From: Kondoa subrosea
Lineage: Eukaryota
Assembly (NCBI GenBank): GCA_039545335.1
Contig: BCIN01000010.1
Location: 186,001-250,000 of the forward strand
Direction of reading: 5' to 3'
DNA: 64,000 nucleotides
Of this stretch, positions 24,411 through 39,149 are shown one piece after another (position 1 is the stretch's first letter; each line of letters starts with the position of its first letter). The notes below the pieces were generated by a model that saw only the letters and a list, made by a program, of their open reading frames with translations, ran no database searches and was not told the origin of the DNA. Made by a program: the position numbers and the translations under genes.

Positions 24411-25430
24411 CTAATCTTCAATCTCCTCTATCTGGGCAGTCTGTTGCGGTTGCCTCTTCCTACTCTTGCTGCTGACCTTTTCTCCTCCTGCTTCTGCCGT
24501 ACCGTTCTCCTGAGTAGATGACTTCTTCTTTTTTCCTCTCTTCTTTGGCGGTACATCCCAAGCCCAACCAGGCCTAAACGAATCAAACTAATTTCGAGGT
24601 ATCAGCACATTTTTGTGAAATACAGACTGGCAGACTCACGAATCCCACATCTTCGAACAAGTTTGGATAAATCCAAATCCCAGGTTTGGGCCCAAGCAGT
24701 TTCGTTACACCCCAAACGATCAATCTCACAATCGCGATCACGATAAACAAGCCAATCAACCCCAGGACGGCCATAGAGAGATACCAAGTCCCCAAACGTA
24801 GCTTGTGAGGCCATAATGGGAACATTACTCCAGCTAAAATGACTGCAACCATTCCTATTGCACCCAACATGATTTTTAACTGAGAAGGAGGTAAGAGGAA
24901 AACAAAGTAGTCATCTTGAGAGAAAGATTGTTGTGGTTCTATTCGAACCATTCGAGGTTGTTTAGTTTGAGAAGCAGTAGCAGCTGTTGAAGCGGGCATG
25001 GAAGGATTGGAAGGAGGAGGTAAATGATCACCTCTTTGAATTTTGAGATAGAATTGATATTGAATAAGGGAATGTAAGAGTTTGACAGCTTCATCTTCTG
25101 TTGTTACTGTTGGAACATTCTTGAGTTTGCTGTAAGCTGGCGATAAAAGTGCTTTGACAGCTCCTCGACCTAGAGGCCATTTACGATGACACCGCGTCAG
25201 CTCATCTGGCTTATTCTGTACGTGTAAATTTGAAGCTGACCCTTGAAGTAATCGACTCTCTTGCCATCCAAAACGCCAACTCTAAGCTTGAGTCCAGCTT
25301 TGTGTCTCAAAAACTGTCCAACATTGCGCATTTCCGCTGTTTTCCCACATTCGAAAGATCAGCTGTCTGAGCTTGATTCATGTGACCTGACTGATGGCCT
25401 ACGTGGCACTTCATTCTGCTGTCCTTCCAT
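24411..25430 (-). CDS. SEC62: ER translocation protein Sec62
   Basis: LRVGVLDGKRVDYFKG, ILAGVMFPLWP, PGIWIYPNLFEDVGF, GWAWD. Confidence 0.93.
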
Positions 25431-25627
25431 TTTGACGAAGTTGAAGTTGGCGGATACAAGTCAAGCGTGCTTACTCTTATACAGTCAAGCTATACCCCTC
25501 GCCTCTCGCCTGCGAAGACTCAGGCCTTCTATACCTTGCTTCTTGGTAGTCCCCTCTCCCTTTCCTGACGCGTGCTGGCTTCATATTTGCGCGAATCTTT
25601 GGTTATTTTGATTTGGTTTAACAAGTC

Positions 25628-28600
25628 ATGCCTACTATAGACTTCAATCTACAAGATGCTCTGGAAGCCTTGACTGAGCCAGAGACTTTCTCTATACAAG
25701 ATGAAGTAGAAGTAGCTACTAGTTCTGCTACAGAGATCAATGCTGTTCTCAATAGTGGGTCTTTACTTTGTGTAGATATAACGGAAGAAAGAAAGCTAAA
25801 GGAAGTCTGATAGGTATTGTGGATGCTGTGGCTGATAATTCAGACGCGGTTACATCACAACAAATCTTTGATATGATCGCTTCTTTACTCAAACATGGTT
25901 CAAGCTTACAACCAGCTGCTTTACTCAAGCTTTTGGATTGTTTGCAGTCAGGTATTCCTTTCTTTCCCCTTCTTCTCATCTGTCTCCATCTTACTCGTTC
26001 AATGGAATACCAGGACTTAGTACCGAACTTGATGCAACAGTCAAAGACGTTCACCCATCCGAACATGCAGCTTATCGATCTCATAAACTCTCATTAGAAA
26101 TCTACGCCTTCCTACTTCGTTGGTTCGTACTAGCAGCAGAAAAATCCCAATCTTCATCTTCACAAATCGGTCCTTCTTCACCTAAAAAGAAAAGTCGGGC
26201 TGCAAGTAAAGCTACAACAACCAAAGGAAAGAAAGCGGCGGACAAGAGTACGAAACCTTGGGAATGGCAAGATTCAATACCGACAACTTTGGGTTTGATG
26301 GGTAAAGTGTTGCAGAAAGTTCGAACGGAAAGAATCTGGCAAACGACTCAAGAAAAGGATTCCTTTGTTGGGTATGTTTTCTTTTGATAGTGATTCTGCA
26401 GAGAAGCGCAAAGTTGACATGTAATGGTTCTTGAAGGTGTTTCACTAAATCTGCAAATCAGATTGCGGAATCGGATGTCTACATGAAAGTTACCGATATA
26501 AAACAGAATGTCTACAAGATCTTTTGCATCGCAGTCAAGAATCATGGCCAATCTTTCAGTCAGTAATGGCAGGAGGTATATGATCAATGTAAAGCTGATA
26601 AGTTTTTTGCCGTTCTGACAGGCATTCAAACTACAATCATGCAAAACCTGCAGTATTCTGAACATCTTGCTGATCCAATGGCGGAACTCGTTGCACTTCT
26701 AGCAAAAGAATTTGATTATGCGCAACTAGGAGAAGAGATTCTGAGGTGCGTTAGCTTTCCTGCGTTTATTCTGTATCATACTTATGCGAAGATAGGGAAA
26801 TATCTGGAAAGACTTCATTCGAAAAGATGGATACCAAAGGACCTAAATCAATATCCAAGTTCTTGGTCCGCATGGCAGAACTGTCGCCCCGTTTGGTGCT
26901 CAAGCAGATCAGTCTCCTACAGAAACATCTAGATTCAGATGTAGGTCATCTCTTTTCTTTTACGGTGAATATCGCTAATATTCGTGTCTAAGTCTTATCC
27001 CATGCGTAACACCATTATCGAAGTCATTGCTCTCTTGATCAAGGAACTTTCATCAGCAGCAACAGCAGATACCGAAGATGCAAGTGCTCGAGTAGGAGAA
27101 GAAAGAGATCAAAGAGCTTTGCAAGCCAAACAAATTGCAGCTTTCTTTGAACTCCTTTTCGAACGCTTCCTCGACGTATCTGCTTTTGTTCGAAGTAAAG
27201 TAGTCAACGTCTTCATCAAACTCATGGAGTGAGTGTTCATCTTGCTTCATTTGTGCCCGTTCCATATCTGACGTATTGCGTTAGTCTGCCAACTAAATTT
27301 CCAGCTGAAAGACTTCGATTGGCTAAATTCGCAACTCAAAGTCTTGAAGATAAATCTTCTATCGTCCGGAAGAACTGTATTTCTTTACTCAGCAAAATGA
27401 TTCTCACTCATCCGTACGGTTTAATGCATGGAGGTGAACTCAATGCGGACGAATGGTCCGCTCGATATGATAATATCGCTAAGGAGATAGCTCCGTTGGA
27501 TGCTGCGATGAAAGAAGCTGCTAAAGCTATGGGTGGCGCAATGGAAGATGCTGAAGAAGAGGAGGATGGAGATGAGGACGAAGAAGAAGGAGAGGAGGAT
27601 GGCGAAGAAGATGACGAACAAGATGAAGATGATGAGCAGGAAGAAGGGACCGCAGAAGAAGATAGCTCTTCGCCTATCAAGAAGAAGAAGGCGAAGAAAC
27701 CGAAGTCTGCGAAGAACAAGAAAAAGTCCAAAGTCAAGACTGAAGAAGGAGAAGGCGGAACTCCTGCGCTAGATCTACATGGCATGTCACATGAAGAAAT
27801 GCTAGGTCGAATTGATCATGATCAGCTCACCAAACTTCAGCTCATGCGGCGTTACTACACTGATGCGTTGAACTTCATCAAGCAACTAGAGGATGCCGTT
27901 CCGCTTATCGCCGACCTTCTGCAAAGTACGACCAAAAGCGAAGTGCTAGAAGCTATGGATTTCTGCACCATAGCGGAAGAGTATAGATTGGCTGAAGCAG
28001 AAGTACTTCCTCGCAATGCCAGCTCTGACCAGATCTGACTTGCTGAGCACAGGTCGGCGTCAAAGCCATGCTGCATCTGGTCTGGGCAAAAGACAATACT
28101 ACGATCAAGGACACTTCTGCAGCCGATTCTGAAGAGAAAGATCTGAAAAGCGTCAAGTCAAAGCTCATTGAATGCTACAAGACGTTGTACTTTGAAGCGA
28201 AGGAGGACTTGGACGCCAAAGCCAATGTCAATCGGATAACACGAAACATGATCGAGTGAGTCAAGGTTCTCGAGGCTCTTGCGAGGTCTGATTTCCATTC
28301 AGGCGCACTTACAACGCTACCCTTGCAGAACTGATCTCGCTCGAAGAGCTCATGGGTATCATGATGGCTGAAGACATGGTTCATGAGAATGTCATCGAGC
28401 GATTATGGGGAGTCTACAGCAAGTCTAGCTCTAGGGAATCTCCTTCTCTCTCTTACATGGTTTTTCACAGGCACAAATTCTGCGATCGCGAAAGCTCAAA
28501 GAAGAGGAGCTATCCTAATTCTAAGCTTCCTAGCTGCACCAAGACCAGCAGTTGTTGCGGAACATCTCGAACTGCTGTTGAAGGTCGGCCTAGGATCTTG

Positions 28601-30394
28601 GGGCAAGGTAAGCATAATGTACATTCCCCGTCGCCATGCTTATTTGTCATATAGCGTGACCTTGTTCTAGCAAAGTACACCTGCCAGGCGATACGGAGAA
28701 TCGGAGGAAGCGAAAAGAAAGTCAAAGGATCTCTGACAGACAAGACCGTCCGCCTGCCGATGGAAAACCCTCTCTTCGCCTGCCTTCAAGAAATTCTTCT
28801 CAGACCGACCGAATCCAAAGAATGGTTCGGCATGGCTGAACAAGCCATCAATACAATTTATGTGCTTGGTGATCAGCCAGATGCCCTCTGTACGGAAGTC
28901 CTGAAGGAGATGTCGCGTCGTGTTTTTGTACCTGCAGAGACTGATCAAACTGCACAAGAAGGCAAAGATCTACCACCGTTAGATGTCGATGCTGAAGCTC
29001 AACCATCACCTACACCTTCGGCCGGCACACCAGCTCCAGCTCAATATGGTAACGCATTCCAACTCGCTCAGCTGATCTTTGTGGCTGGACATGTCGCTAT
29101 CAAACATCTTATCCATCTAGAATTACTTGAACGTGAATACAAGCGAAGAAAGGCTGAAAGCGAAAAGAAAGGCGACAAAGCAGTGGCAGATGAACTCGAT
29201 CAGGTCGTTGGTTCAGTAGAGGACGATATTGCCGATGTCATTCACCTGACAAAAGAGAAAGAACTGCTCTATGGTCCTGACTCGCTTTTGGCCATATATG
29301 CACCGATGACAATAGCAATCATCAAGAACCCTAGTATATACAGAGTAAGCTTATATTCCGAAGTGCGTGAGTGCCTGCTCATTGCTCTCTTCATTAAGAA
29401 TCACACACTTCGTGTATCGGCTGCCTTGTCAATGAGCAAGTTCATGTGTGTCAGCGCACAATTCTGCGAAGATCACCTCATGATGCTGTTCAAATTGAAC
29501 GAAACCACTTCCGATCCAGTTGTAAGAAGTAACATTGCTATCGCTCTTGGTGATATCGCAGTGGCATTTGCAACCATCATGGACGATAACAGCGACCGTC
29601 TGTATCAAGGTCTCAATGATAAAGACCAGACTGTCAAGAAGAACACTTTCATGTGAGTTGTTGCTTTGTGCATGATCTTGTATCTTCTTGCTGACGTTCT
29701 GTTCCCAAAGGGTCTTGACTCATTTGATCCTCAATGGAATGATCAAGGTCAAAGGTCAATTAGGCGAAATGGCAAAATGTCTGGAAGACGACGATCGAAG
29801 AATCAAAGATTTGGCCAAACTCTTCTTTTCCGAACTCGCTTCCAAAGACAATGCTATTTACAACAATTTGCCCGACATTGTTTCTAGTTTATCAGCTGGA
29901 GCTGATGCAGTGAATGAAGCAACTTTTGAAGGCACTATGAAATTCATCTTCAAGTTTATCGATAAAGAAAAACAAGCTGAAGCGATTGTTGAAAAACTTT
30001 GTCAAAGATTCAGGTTGGCTACTGAAGAAAGACAATGGAGGGATATCGCTTTCTGTCTTTCGCTCTTACCTTTCAAATCAGACAAATCAATGAAGAAACT
30101 GATTGAAGCTTTACCTTTGTATCAAGACAAGTTGAGAGAACCTAAAGTGTTTGCTCGCTTCCAAGAGATCTTAACCAAAGTGAGGACCTCCTACTTTTTC
30201 TATTACTCAATCCTGATCCTGTTCTCTCTCTCTCTTCTTTCCAGGCTCGCAATAATAAGGGAAAAGCCGACGCGCCAGATTTCAAGGAGTTCGAAAACGC
30301 TTTGACGGAACATAAATCCAAAGGTGAAGAAGATCAAGCTATTGAGAAGAAAGTGGAGAAGAAGAAGAGGAAAGCTGCGACCAAAAAGAAATAG
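25628..30394 (+). CDS. YCS4: Condensin complex subunit 1 (Cnd1/CAP-D2)
   Basis: LEDKSSIVRKNCISLLSKMILTHPYG, WFGMAEQAINTIY, KFMCVSAQFCE, VRSNIAIALGD, LTHLILNGMIKVKGQLGEMAKCLED, KDNAIYNNLPD. Confidence 0.95.
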
Positions 30395-30439
30395 GCCCGG
30401 AGCGTTGTTGTTGTCTTTAGTTGTCGTGTGGTGTTGTTG

Positions 30440-31346
30440 TTACATGTACATTGTTGCTTGATGATCTGCTAGATCTGTATTATTCGTTTCTTGCGAAATT
30501 GGGATCGGCAAAGACAGTCGATAGGCGGACTTCCGATTCCTTGTGTGATCTTGAGCGACATTGATCATCCCAAGTGATGTGACATACAGATAGAATGCGT
30601 GTAGTCGCTTTTCGCGGATGAAACCTAGTCGCTCGTACAATGCAAGAGCAGAGACATTATCCACTTCAGTCTCCAGAACAATCTAATAAAGCCATCGAAT
30701 CAGCCTCTCTCTCCTACCAAGCATATTGATGTATGAAATCAACTCACTTCTTGAGCATCACTGAGACGCATTTGTTCAATTGCGAGTTTGATCAATTTCG
30801 AAGCAATACCGCGTTTGCGATGACTTTTCAGTATTGAAAGCATGCCAATATACCCTCTATTGAGTTTCCCACGATGAATGTCCTGTCATGTGGAATTCAG
30901 AACAGTACGACCGGGTTATCGATGGGATAGCTCTACCTGTTTGCAGACTATCACTCCAACGGGTAGAGATCCATCATGCGCCTACGCATATGCTCAGGGA
31001 GTAGGAATAGGAGGAAGGAGAAGAGCATACGAAGAAACATAGATGAGGCCTACTTCAACAATCAGAGAGAAGTCATAAAATCTGGTCTGGCAGTCATACC
31101 AATCATCCAGAAAATAGCGATACTAGAAACACAGTCACAAATGAGAAACAATAAAGCAACTTCAATGTCCGCGTGACAGCTAACAGTGTAGATTGTGTAA
31201 GGCTCGCTCAATTCATCTTGAATCAAGGCAATAATGTCCTTGATCTGATGCAAGCCTTGGTAGGTCGAGTAGCTTATCTCATTCGCTGCTGCTGCTGCTG
31301 GTATCGGATCGTCTGTTAATGCCAGTCTGCCAATGTCCAATGACAT
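30440..31346 (-). CDS. MAK3: NatC catalytic N-acetyltransferase (Naa30)
   Basis: LSEPYTIYTYRYFL, RGYIGMLSI, RGIASKL, IVLETEVDNVSALALYERLGFIREKRLHAFYL. Confidence 0.93.
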
Positions 31347-31405
31347 TGGTTTGCGGACAAGAGCGCGAGGTTATCTTGTCCTCACACAATCACTTTCTTC
31401 AATAA

Positions 31406-32073
31406 ATGGCCTTCTGTGCTACTGCTTCATTATCGACTGTGCGCAAGACGACATGGTTTGGAGGAATCACTAAACTGCCTTTGACTTCGAAACACGGAAA
31501 CAAGGATTTTTACAAAGGTTCATTCGAGAGTCCGACTATGCTTTGTCAGAGAAGCTGATGCAGATTGCAATGGACAGGAACTGGATCTCTACCTGGCTTA
31601 GGAAAGAAGAGACAAGGAAGGCATTCACCTCGATCTAAAGCACCTTATATCTTGATGGATGAACGAATGCGATCTTTCGTTGTCCCTTCCTCTCCCCCTC
31701 CTTCTGGTGTATGTCTCTACCTCTGCACATTCTATGACAGTCTAGTTGATCTGTATGCGATGCAGCTAAGAGCCTATGTCTCAAGAGCAGTAGAAAGTTC
31801 ACATCCTAAACATTGGCCAATCTCAGCAACCAAACCTGCAGAACATACAATAGCAACAGGACCGTTGAAGAAACATTCTATCTATGGACCAGAAGGTTTT
31901 GATGGAAGGTATTACCTACAACTGGCTAGAGGGAAAGCGGATGGATCCATTGTTGATCAAAGTCAACCAGTAGAGTATGTCACCCTCCTTTCCATGCTTA
32001 TTGTAGCGGTTTTGATGGCAGCGAACACAGATCGACATTGTCCAAGATCAAAAACATGCGGAATCCCTTCTAG
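31406..32073 (+). CDS. MRPL27: Mitochondrial ribosomal protein mL41 (MrpL27)
   Basis: LPLTSKHGNKDFYKGTGS...GRH...YIL..ERMRSFVVP...LRAYVS; exact 3' exon uncertain. Confidence 0.8.
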
Positions 32074-32415
32074 GCCTGAATCACGATTTGAGAAGTACCA
32101 GTGGTTCAGTTATCGGTGCGATAGACTCGACCTCGAGACTCTTGGAGTGTCATGAGTGTGAAGAGCAGCATATACGTCCAATAGTAGCATTTTGCATTTA
32201 TATACCATTATTTCGATTAACCTGGAACTCGCCTATCGGACCCTTTTATATGTCGTTACCTACTGTTTCCATATTGTCAGCTCTGACTGCTGTGACTGAA
32301 TCTATTTTGGAGTTCACATGATGCGGACAAAATCTGGGGTATACACTTCAAGCAACCGGCTTCCTTTGCTTTGACATCAAACAAGCACCTTCACGCTTCA
32401 TCTCCTTTTTCAATT

Positions 32416-34595
32416 ATGGTCAGAAAGGAAAGGAAATGGGCTACGCAAGTGGACAATGAGTTTCATTCCAATTTGGTGAGTACCAATTCCTCGGAAATCC
32501 GTCAATTTGGATAGCTGATCATCTCACAATGCTCAAATAGTCTGGAGTCAATCATTTCCCAGATGATCTTACACTCACGGACTTCATGTTCGACTATCGG
32601 CCTGCTGATCGACATGATCCGTCTAAGATGGTCTTCTATATTGACCCCGCTACAGGTCATGAAACCACTATTACAGACTGTCGGAAAAGAGTGGATGCGT
32701 TCTCTAGAGCACTATTCAACGAATATAATGTGGGAAAGGACGATATAGTTCTCATCTTCTCTTCCAACTCGCAAGATTTCTCAACGATTTGCTGGGGTGC
32801 ACATCAATTAGGCGGGATTATCTCTGCTGCTAACCCTTCTTATACCGCTGGTGAATTGGCTTACCAAATGAATACGGTCAAGAAGATTTTCAATGTGAAA
32901 GCTATTGTTACACATCCTTCTTCATTGAAAACAACACAAGAAGCAACTAAAGAAGCTGGATTGGATGAGAAATTGATTTGTCTTATTGAAGATTCTTCAG
33001 ATTCGAAATATCCCTCAATCAATAGTCTGATCAAGAAACATGAACAATCTAAAGCGTTTACTCGGTTTCAATTGAAGAAAGGAGAAGCGAAGAAGAAGTT
33101 GGCTTTCCTTTCCTTCTCTTCCGGTACTACTGGTTTACCTAAAGCTGGTCAGTGTCCCCTTATGTTTGCAAGGGATCGACAATTGACATCGGGTATGAAC
33201 AGTCATGATCTCGCATTATAACGTTACTTCTAATGTGTTGCAATACAATGAATTCCGAAAAGGTCGTTTCAAGCCTGGTCAATCTCGGTCGTTAGCTATT
33301 CTACCATTGTAAGTCTATAATTTGGGTGAATGGCAATCCTGCTGATATTGGATCAACTAGCTACCACATCTTTGGACTTGTGGTAGTCCTACACGCTCAA
33401 CTTTATGCCGGCGTTTCGCTCTTAGTATTACCCAAATTCGACCTTAAACTCTTCCTCAAATATACTGCTCAATATGCTGTTGATATTCATTGCCTCGTTC
33501 CTCCTATGGCTGTATTGTTAGTCAAGAGCCCAGAAGCAAAGAATGCAGACTTATCAGCTATGAGGGATATCAAGGTGAATTCGTTTGATAAGAGATTAGG
33601 CGAGGTTGACTTTGTGGGTTTAATTCAGATCGGGGCTGCTCCTTTGACGAAAGATACGATGGATGCTTTGAGAGCTAGAATACCACAATGTGCTATTGGA
33701 CAAGGCTATGGAATGACAGAAACTTCCGTGCGTCTTTTCTATGTTCTGTTCCTCAACAAAGAAGACTTATATTGCGCGTAATAGACTTCCGTTGTATCAT
33801 CACCTTCATCATTGGAAGTGCCAGAATTCCCACCGGGCAGTATAGGTCGAATTCTACCTGATTGCAAAGCTAAAATTATGGACACCAAGGGTAAAGCTTT
33901 ACCTCAAGGTGAAATTGGTGAACTAGCAATGTGGAGTCCTTCCAATGCTGTAGGTTATTTGAATAACAAGAAAGCGACGGATGAGACTTTTGTGAATGGT
34001 TGGGTTCATACGGGAGATGAAGCTTATGTGGATGAGAATGGAGCTATATTCATCACGGATCGGATTAAGGAGTTGTGAGTTTCTGTCTCTCGAGGTGTTT
34101 AGTGAGATATGAAATAACTCATGGCTTGCCATAGAATCAAGACAAACGGTATGCAAATAGCTCCTGCTGAGCTCGAGGGATTGCTCTTGACACATCCGGA
34201 TATACAAGATGTAAGATTTCCCTTTGGTTTGGGGCGGATTTTCAAAACTCTGATCTGTCTCTGTGTAGGCATGCGTAGTCGGTATCAAAGATGAAATGAT
34301 TGGAGAAAAACCGAAAGCTTTCGTCGTGCTTAGCGCTGGTGCTCAAGCGGAAATCAACAACAATTCAGAAAAACAACGTCAAAAGCAAGAAGCTATCATT
34401 GATTACATGAAACAAAAGACGATCAGATACAAACATCTCTCGGGTGGTGTAGAATTCATCGATGCAATTCCTAAGAATCCATCCGGCAAACTGCTAAGGT
34501 TCGTTGAAACTCGCTTGAGCAATGCTTGCAAGCTAACGGAATTGGTGCATAGACGAGTGCTGAGAGATCGAGCGAACACAAAAGCCAAATTGTAG
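32416..34595 (+). CDS. 4-coumarate/phenylacetate-CoA ligase-like AMP-binding enzyme with PTS1
   Basis: FLSFSSGTTGLPKA, LPFYHIFG-like, GQGYGMTET, GWVHTGD, DRIKELIK, IPKNPSGKLLRR; ends AKL*. Confidence 0.9.
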
Positions 34596-35007
34596 CGTGG
34601 AACCGCATGAGAGATTTGTATACACTGTCTGATGGGTCGAAAACTGTGTTGCAATCATAGCTTGTAAATGGCATAGGCAGGTTCATAATGCATGCGCGAA
34701 TAGCAGATCACAGCACGAATCATGGGGACACTGACACGCTGAAAGAAAGACAGAAGAAGTCTGATCGCACTTATGCAAATCGCTCAAATCAATACAGCAG
34801 ACAAGCGCTGGCGTAAGCAGGAAGGAACGATTGGATGCTGGCTGCAGTAAGTAGCATTGTATGTAGCGCTGAAGGAATACTAGACGGCCGCCGTGCAAGA
34901 AGAAACACTCAACAAAAAAAAGGATGCTCCTCTTGCTACCAACCGTGTTCGTCTAGTAGTACATATACCACACCTCTCTATCCGCTCCTTTCTTTGTACA
35001 ACTCAAC

Positions 35008-36692
35008 ATGGTCAACGCACCCGAAACCAGCAATGTGGACAAGCGCAACTTTGATGGAATAGCAAGCTGTCCGTTCACACGCGCGATCTTTTGGATTTGG
35101 ACATGGGAGCTGACAGTGAAGAGCAGATACTAAGCACTGGAATGCAGAATCAGCAAAGGAAGACTCAACTCATACCGAGAGTCGTGTCAATGCTTGTTTG
35201 TCGAATGTCCATAAATTCATCACTTGTAGCTGACAAGCCAGCAATACAGACGAGCAATTGACCAATGGCTATTACGATGGAGCAACAGCTTTGTAGGTTG
35301 ACTGCCCTGTAGGCAAAGCAAAACGCTAATGAGATGTGTGCACAAGATACGAATATGGTTCGCATTAACTTCCATAACAGAAGAATGTCAGCTAACAACC
35401 TTATTGTACAAAGGCTGGGGACAAAGTTTTCATTTCTCTCGCTTCTACAAGTGTGTTTAAAGCTTTCTGGGCAACAATCGGCTAATTCTAAGATTTCAGA
35501 GGCGAACCTTTCTATCAGTCAATTGCTCGTCACGAGCACTACCTCTCTGCTCAAATCGGCCTGAAACCTGGAATGCGCGTGCTTGATGTTGGATGCGGTG
35601 TAGGAGGACCAGCAAGAGAAATCGCTCGCTTTTCAGGCGCAACCATTGTCGGCATCAACAACAACGCCAATCAAGTTGATTTAGCCAACAAATACGCGAG
35701 AAAAGCTGGTCTGGCAGAACAAGTTCAAGTCGTCAAAGGAGATTTCATGAACTTGGCTGCTCAGTTTGGCGAAAATAGTTTTGATGCTGTTTATGCTATC
35801 GAAGCAACTTGTCATGCTCCTACTTGGGAAGGCGTGTACGGAGAGATTAAGAAAGTTCTCAAACCAGGAGGAGTCGTCGGAATTTATGAATGGTGCAGTC
35901 AGTCGCCAAAGCGAAACTGATCTCGAATCATCTCGAGCTTACTTTTCCAATTTCAGTGACCGACGCCTGGGACCCTTCTATTCCTTCTCATAAAAAGATC
36001 TCGCACGGTATTGAAATAGGCGACGGTATTGCTGAAATGAGAACAATCAAGCAAGCAAGGAATGCGCTCAACACTGTTGGTCTGGAGATTCTGCATGAAG
36101 AAGATCTGGCAGACAGGCCGGACACGATTGTTAGTTGCAACCTGGGGGATCCAGTAAAAGCATTGCTGATTCATGCTTGTTTGACAGAAATGGTACTATC
36201 CTCTAGAGGTAATTCAGCTTTGTGCCTCCATAGGTACCATTCCTCAGCATTTTCGAATCTTTAGGGCAACTTGATGCAATGTCAAAACCTCTGGGATGTA
36301 GTAATTTGCTGGAGAATGACAAGCTGGGGTTCATGGATGACACAAAAGGCTATTCAAGCCACAGAAGCTCTTGGTCTGTTACCAAAGGGAACATTTGATG
36401 TGGGGTGAGCAAGAACAGTCTTTCGATTACGAATGCCGAAGTTCTCACTGTGCTCCTTCATTGTTTCATTGTCACAGTGCATCGCTTCAGATTGCACAGG
36501 TCAACTTGGTAGAAGGTGGCAAGAAGAAGCTCTTCACTGTGAGTTTGGGCGAAACTGACAGCTGAGGACATGAGCTGATGTAAACCCTCTTTCAGCCAAT
36601 GATGCTTTTCGGTGAGCAATCATGTGTAGGTCTACTAGCGTCTTATCTGACCGCATCGCTTCTCTGTAGTCGCAAAGAAGCCGGCAGCTTGA
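35008..36692 (+). CDS. ERG6: Sterol 24-C-methyltransferase
   Basis: [65 protein letters not shown]. Confidence 0.95.
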
Positions 36693-36988
36693 TTTTGTGG
36701 GTCGTCGTTTTAGGGGATAGCAGTATACTTAGATTTCCATTAATGCAGTCATTTACCATTGTCCATCGTCTTTGCATGTTCCATGGATGACTGCCCTTGA
36801 TTCATTTAATGCAACGCGTCGTCGCGTTTTCGGCCAGTCGCCAGAATTGATTTGGCGGGGAGATCCGGGTTTCTTTGCTTATCGGCCATTTGACAATTCG
36901 CCAGCAAGCCTGAGCCGCTTACTTCTCAACGCTAAGGTCTTCTCTGCAGCCTCTTCTTCATCCATACTATTTCCAGTTCAGAGGAATA

Positions 36989-39149
36989 ATGGCTACCGTA
37001 CTTGAAACAGTTCAACAAGCTGCCAGCAATGCTGCAAACAAGGTCAACGCTATGACCAATGGCGCTCTGAAACCCAGCTCTGGTATCCAGGTATTGATTG
37101 TGGGCGGAGGTTTTGCAGGTTTGTGCTGTAAGGCAGTTTAAGTGACTCGGCTCAAAGAGCAGAACAGGTTTGGCTGCTGCGATCGAATCTATCTTGGAAG
37201 GACACAATGTAATACTATTGGAGCGCTTCAAGAAACTGGCTGTACTAGGGTGATTTAGTCCTGGCTGACTTGTGACTCTCATGCTGATTCGCCCCATAAT
37301 AGTGATATCATCTCGTTCGGTACCAATGCTGGTAGACAGTTCGAGCGATGGGGAGTCGGTCAGTACCATCTCAGGTATCAATTGCATTCAGTCTGACATC
37401 AAGACGGACAGGTGAACAAATGTATGAGCACTGCGCACATCTCAAGACTTTCGATATGTGGAATCACAAAGGAGAACAGATCTTCAGTCAGCCGGTGAGT
37501 TGAACCTCGATGCACTGTAAGGTACAGCCATCTGAGACTTCAGATTGACAAGGTGACGCAAGAAGAATTTGGTGCTCGCAGCTACAATGGTCATCGAGGG
37601 GAATTACATCGCGTGTTGTGGAACAAAGCACTCGAACTTGGCGTTGACATTCGTTGTGGATCAGACGTGACTGAATATGGAGAAAGTGCTGGTGAAGCTT
37701 GGTTGATCTGCAATGGACAGAAGATGACTGCAGATGTGATCATGTGAGTTTGAGCATCCTCAACAGCAAGCTATGATCTGAAATGTGTGCAGTGGAGCGG
37801 ACGGAGTTCGTTCTAATGCCAGAAAGGTAGGCATGGAATGCGCGAGCGACCGCGCCATTCATAATTGCTGACGGTGCTTCCATCAGCTGGTACTGGGATA
37901 TACCGACAAGCCTAAAGCCTCAGGATATGCAATCTATCGCACGTGGTATGTTGGATCTGGACGGGCTTGCTGCCTTTACTGACACATAGCTGTCTCCCGT
38001 CAACAGGTTCAAAGTGTGTTAGACAGTACCTTTTTGAACGTAATTGATCGCTCGATAGATCAAAGACACTGACATGGCGACAGATCCCCTGACGAGCTGG
38101 TTGATCAAGGAGCATGATACATTCAATGGATGGATTGGCGAAGATGTACATTTCCTTGTTACTGTCTTGAAGAATGCAGAAGACTGTTGCTGGGTTCGTA
38201 TTACTCAAATGTCGCATGTCTCACTACTAAGGGATTCATTGCAGGTCATCACTCACAAAGATGATGCTGACATCGAAGAGGTATATTTGCTTTCCATGCG
38301 AACACTGTCTTAAGCTGACCACGTTCCTAGTCTTGGTCGTTCCCTGGCAAGATAGAGGATGTCAAGAAGATCGTTGAAAACTGGGATCCTCGTTGCGCTG
38401 CTATCATTGGGAAGGCTCCCAGTGCAGTCGATTGGAAATTGGTGGGTCGTAAAATAATAGACAACTCGACTTAGCTGATTTAAATACAGGTCTATCGAGA
38501 TCCTCTGCAAACCTGGGTTTCTGAACAGGGAAGATTGGCCATTATCGGAGATGTACGCCGCTTCCTTGAATAATGTCTCGATCTGACGTGTCTCGTTCAG
38601 GCTGCGCATCCATTCTTGCCTACTTGTGAGTCTATACAAGCCTTCTATGTCTATATTGACTTTATGCGCAGCTGTACAAGGAGCTTCTCAAGCTATGGTG
38701 AGTCACTATCGTCGGGCGGAAACATATCCTCATGTCTATGCTCTAGGAGGATGGCATCTGTTTGGCCATCACTTTGGGTCTAGCTGGCAAATCAGATGTT
38801 CCCACCGCTGTCAGAGCCTTCGAGCAGATTCGGTACCAACGAGTTCGTCGGGCGCAGGTTACAGGAGAAACCAATAGGAATAAGTGGTACGTTCCTATGA
38901 CGCCTTAGTGATCCAATAGCTCACTGTTTACCGCTATGTAGGCATAAAACTTCCGCTGAAGATTCAAAGAAGAATCCTGATAGTGTCAAGCTCTCCCGTG
39001 AAGCATGGCTTTTAGGTCACGATTGCGCTTCTCACGCTAGGAGCGTTTATGCGGAAGTCGCGAATGATATTCACACAAACGGCTACAAGCTTCCGACTCT
39101 TCCAGCGGAGAACGAGACACCTAGCCAGCCGGCACCTCTGAAGGTCTGA
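36989..39149 (+). CDS. FAD-dependent aromatic monooxygenase (salicylate hydroxylase/FAD_binding_3 family)
   Basis: VLIVGGGFAG, GHRGELH, GADGVRS, DWKLVYRDPL, IIGDAAHPFLPT, QGASQAMEDG. Confidence 0.9.

Noticed and set aside
27408..27785. Ser-rich antisense ORF
   Set aside because: Mirror of the acidic/lysine low-complexity insert in YCS4.
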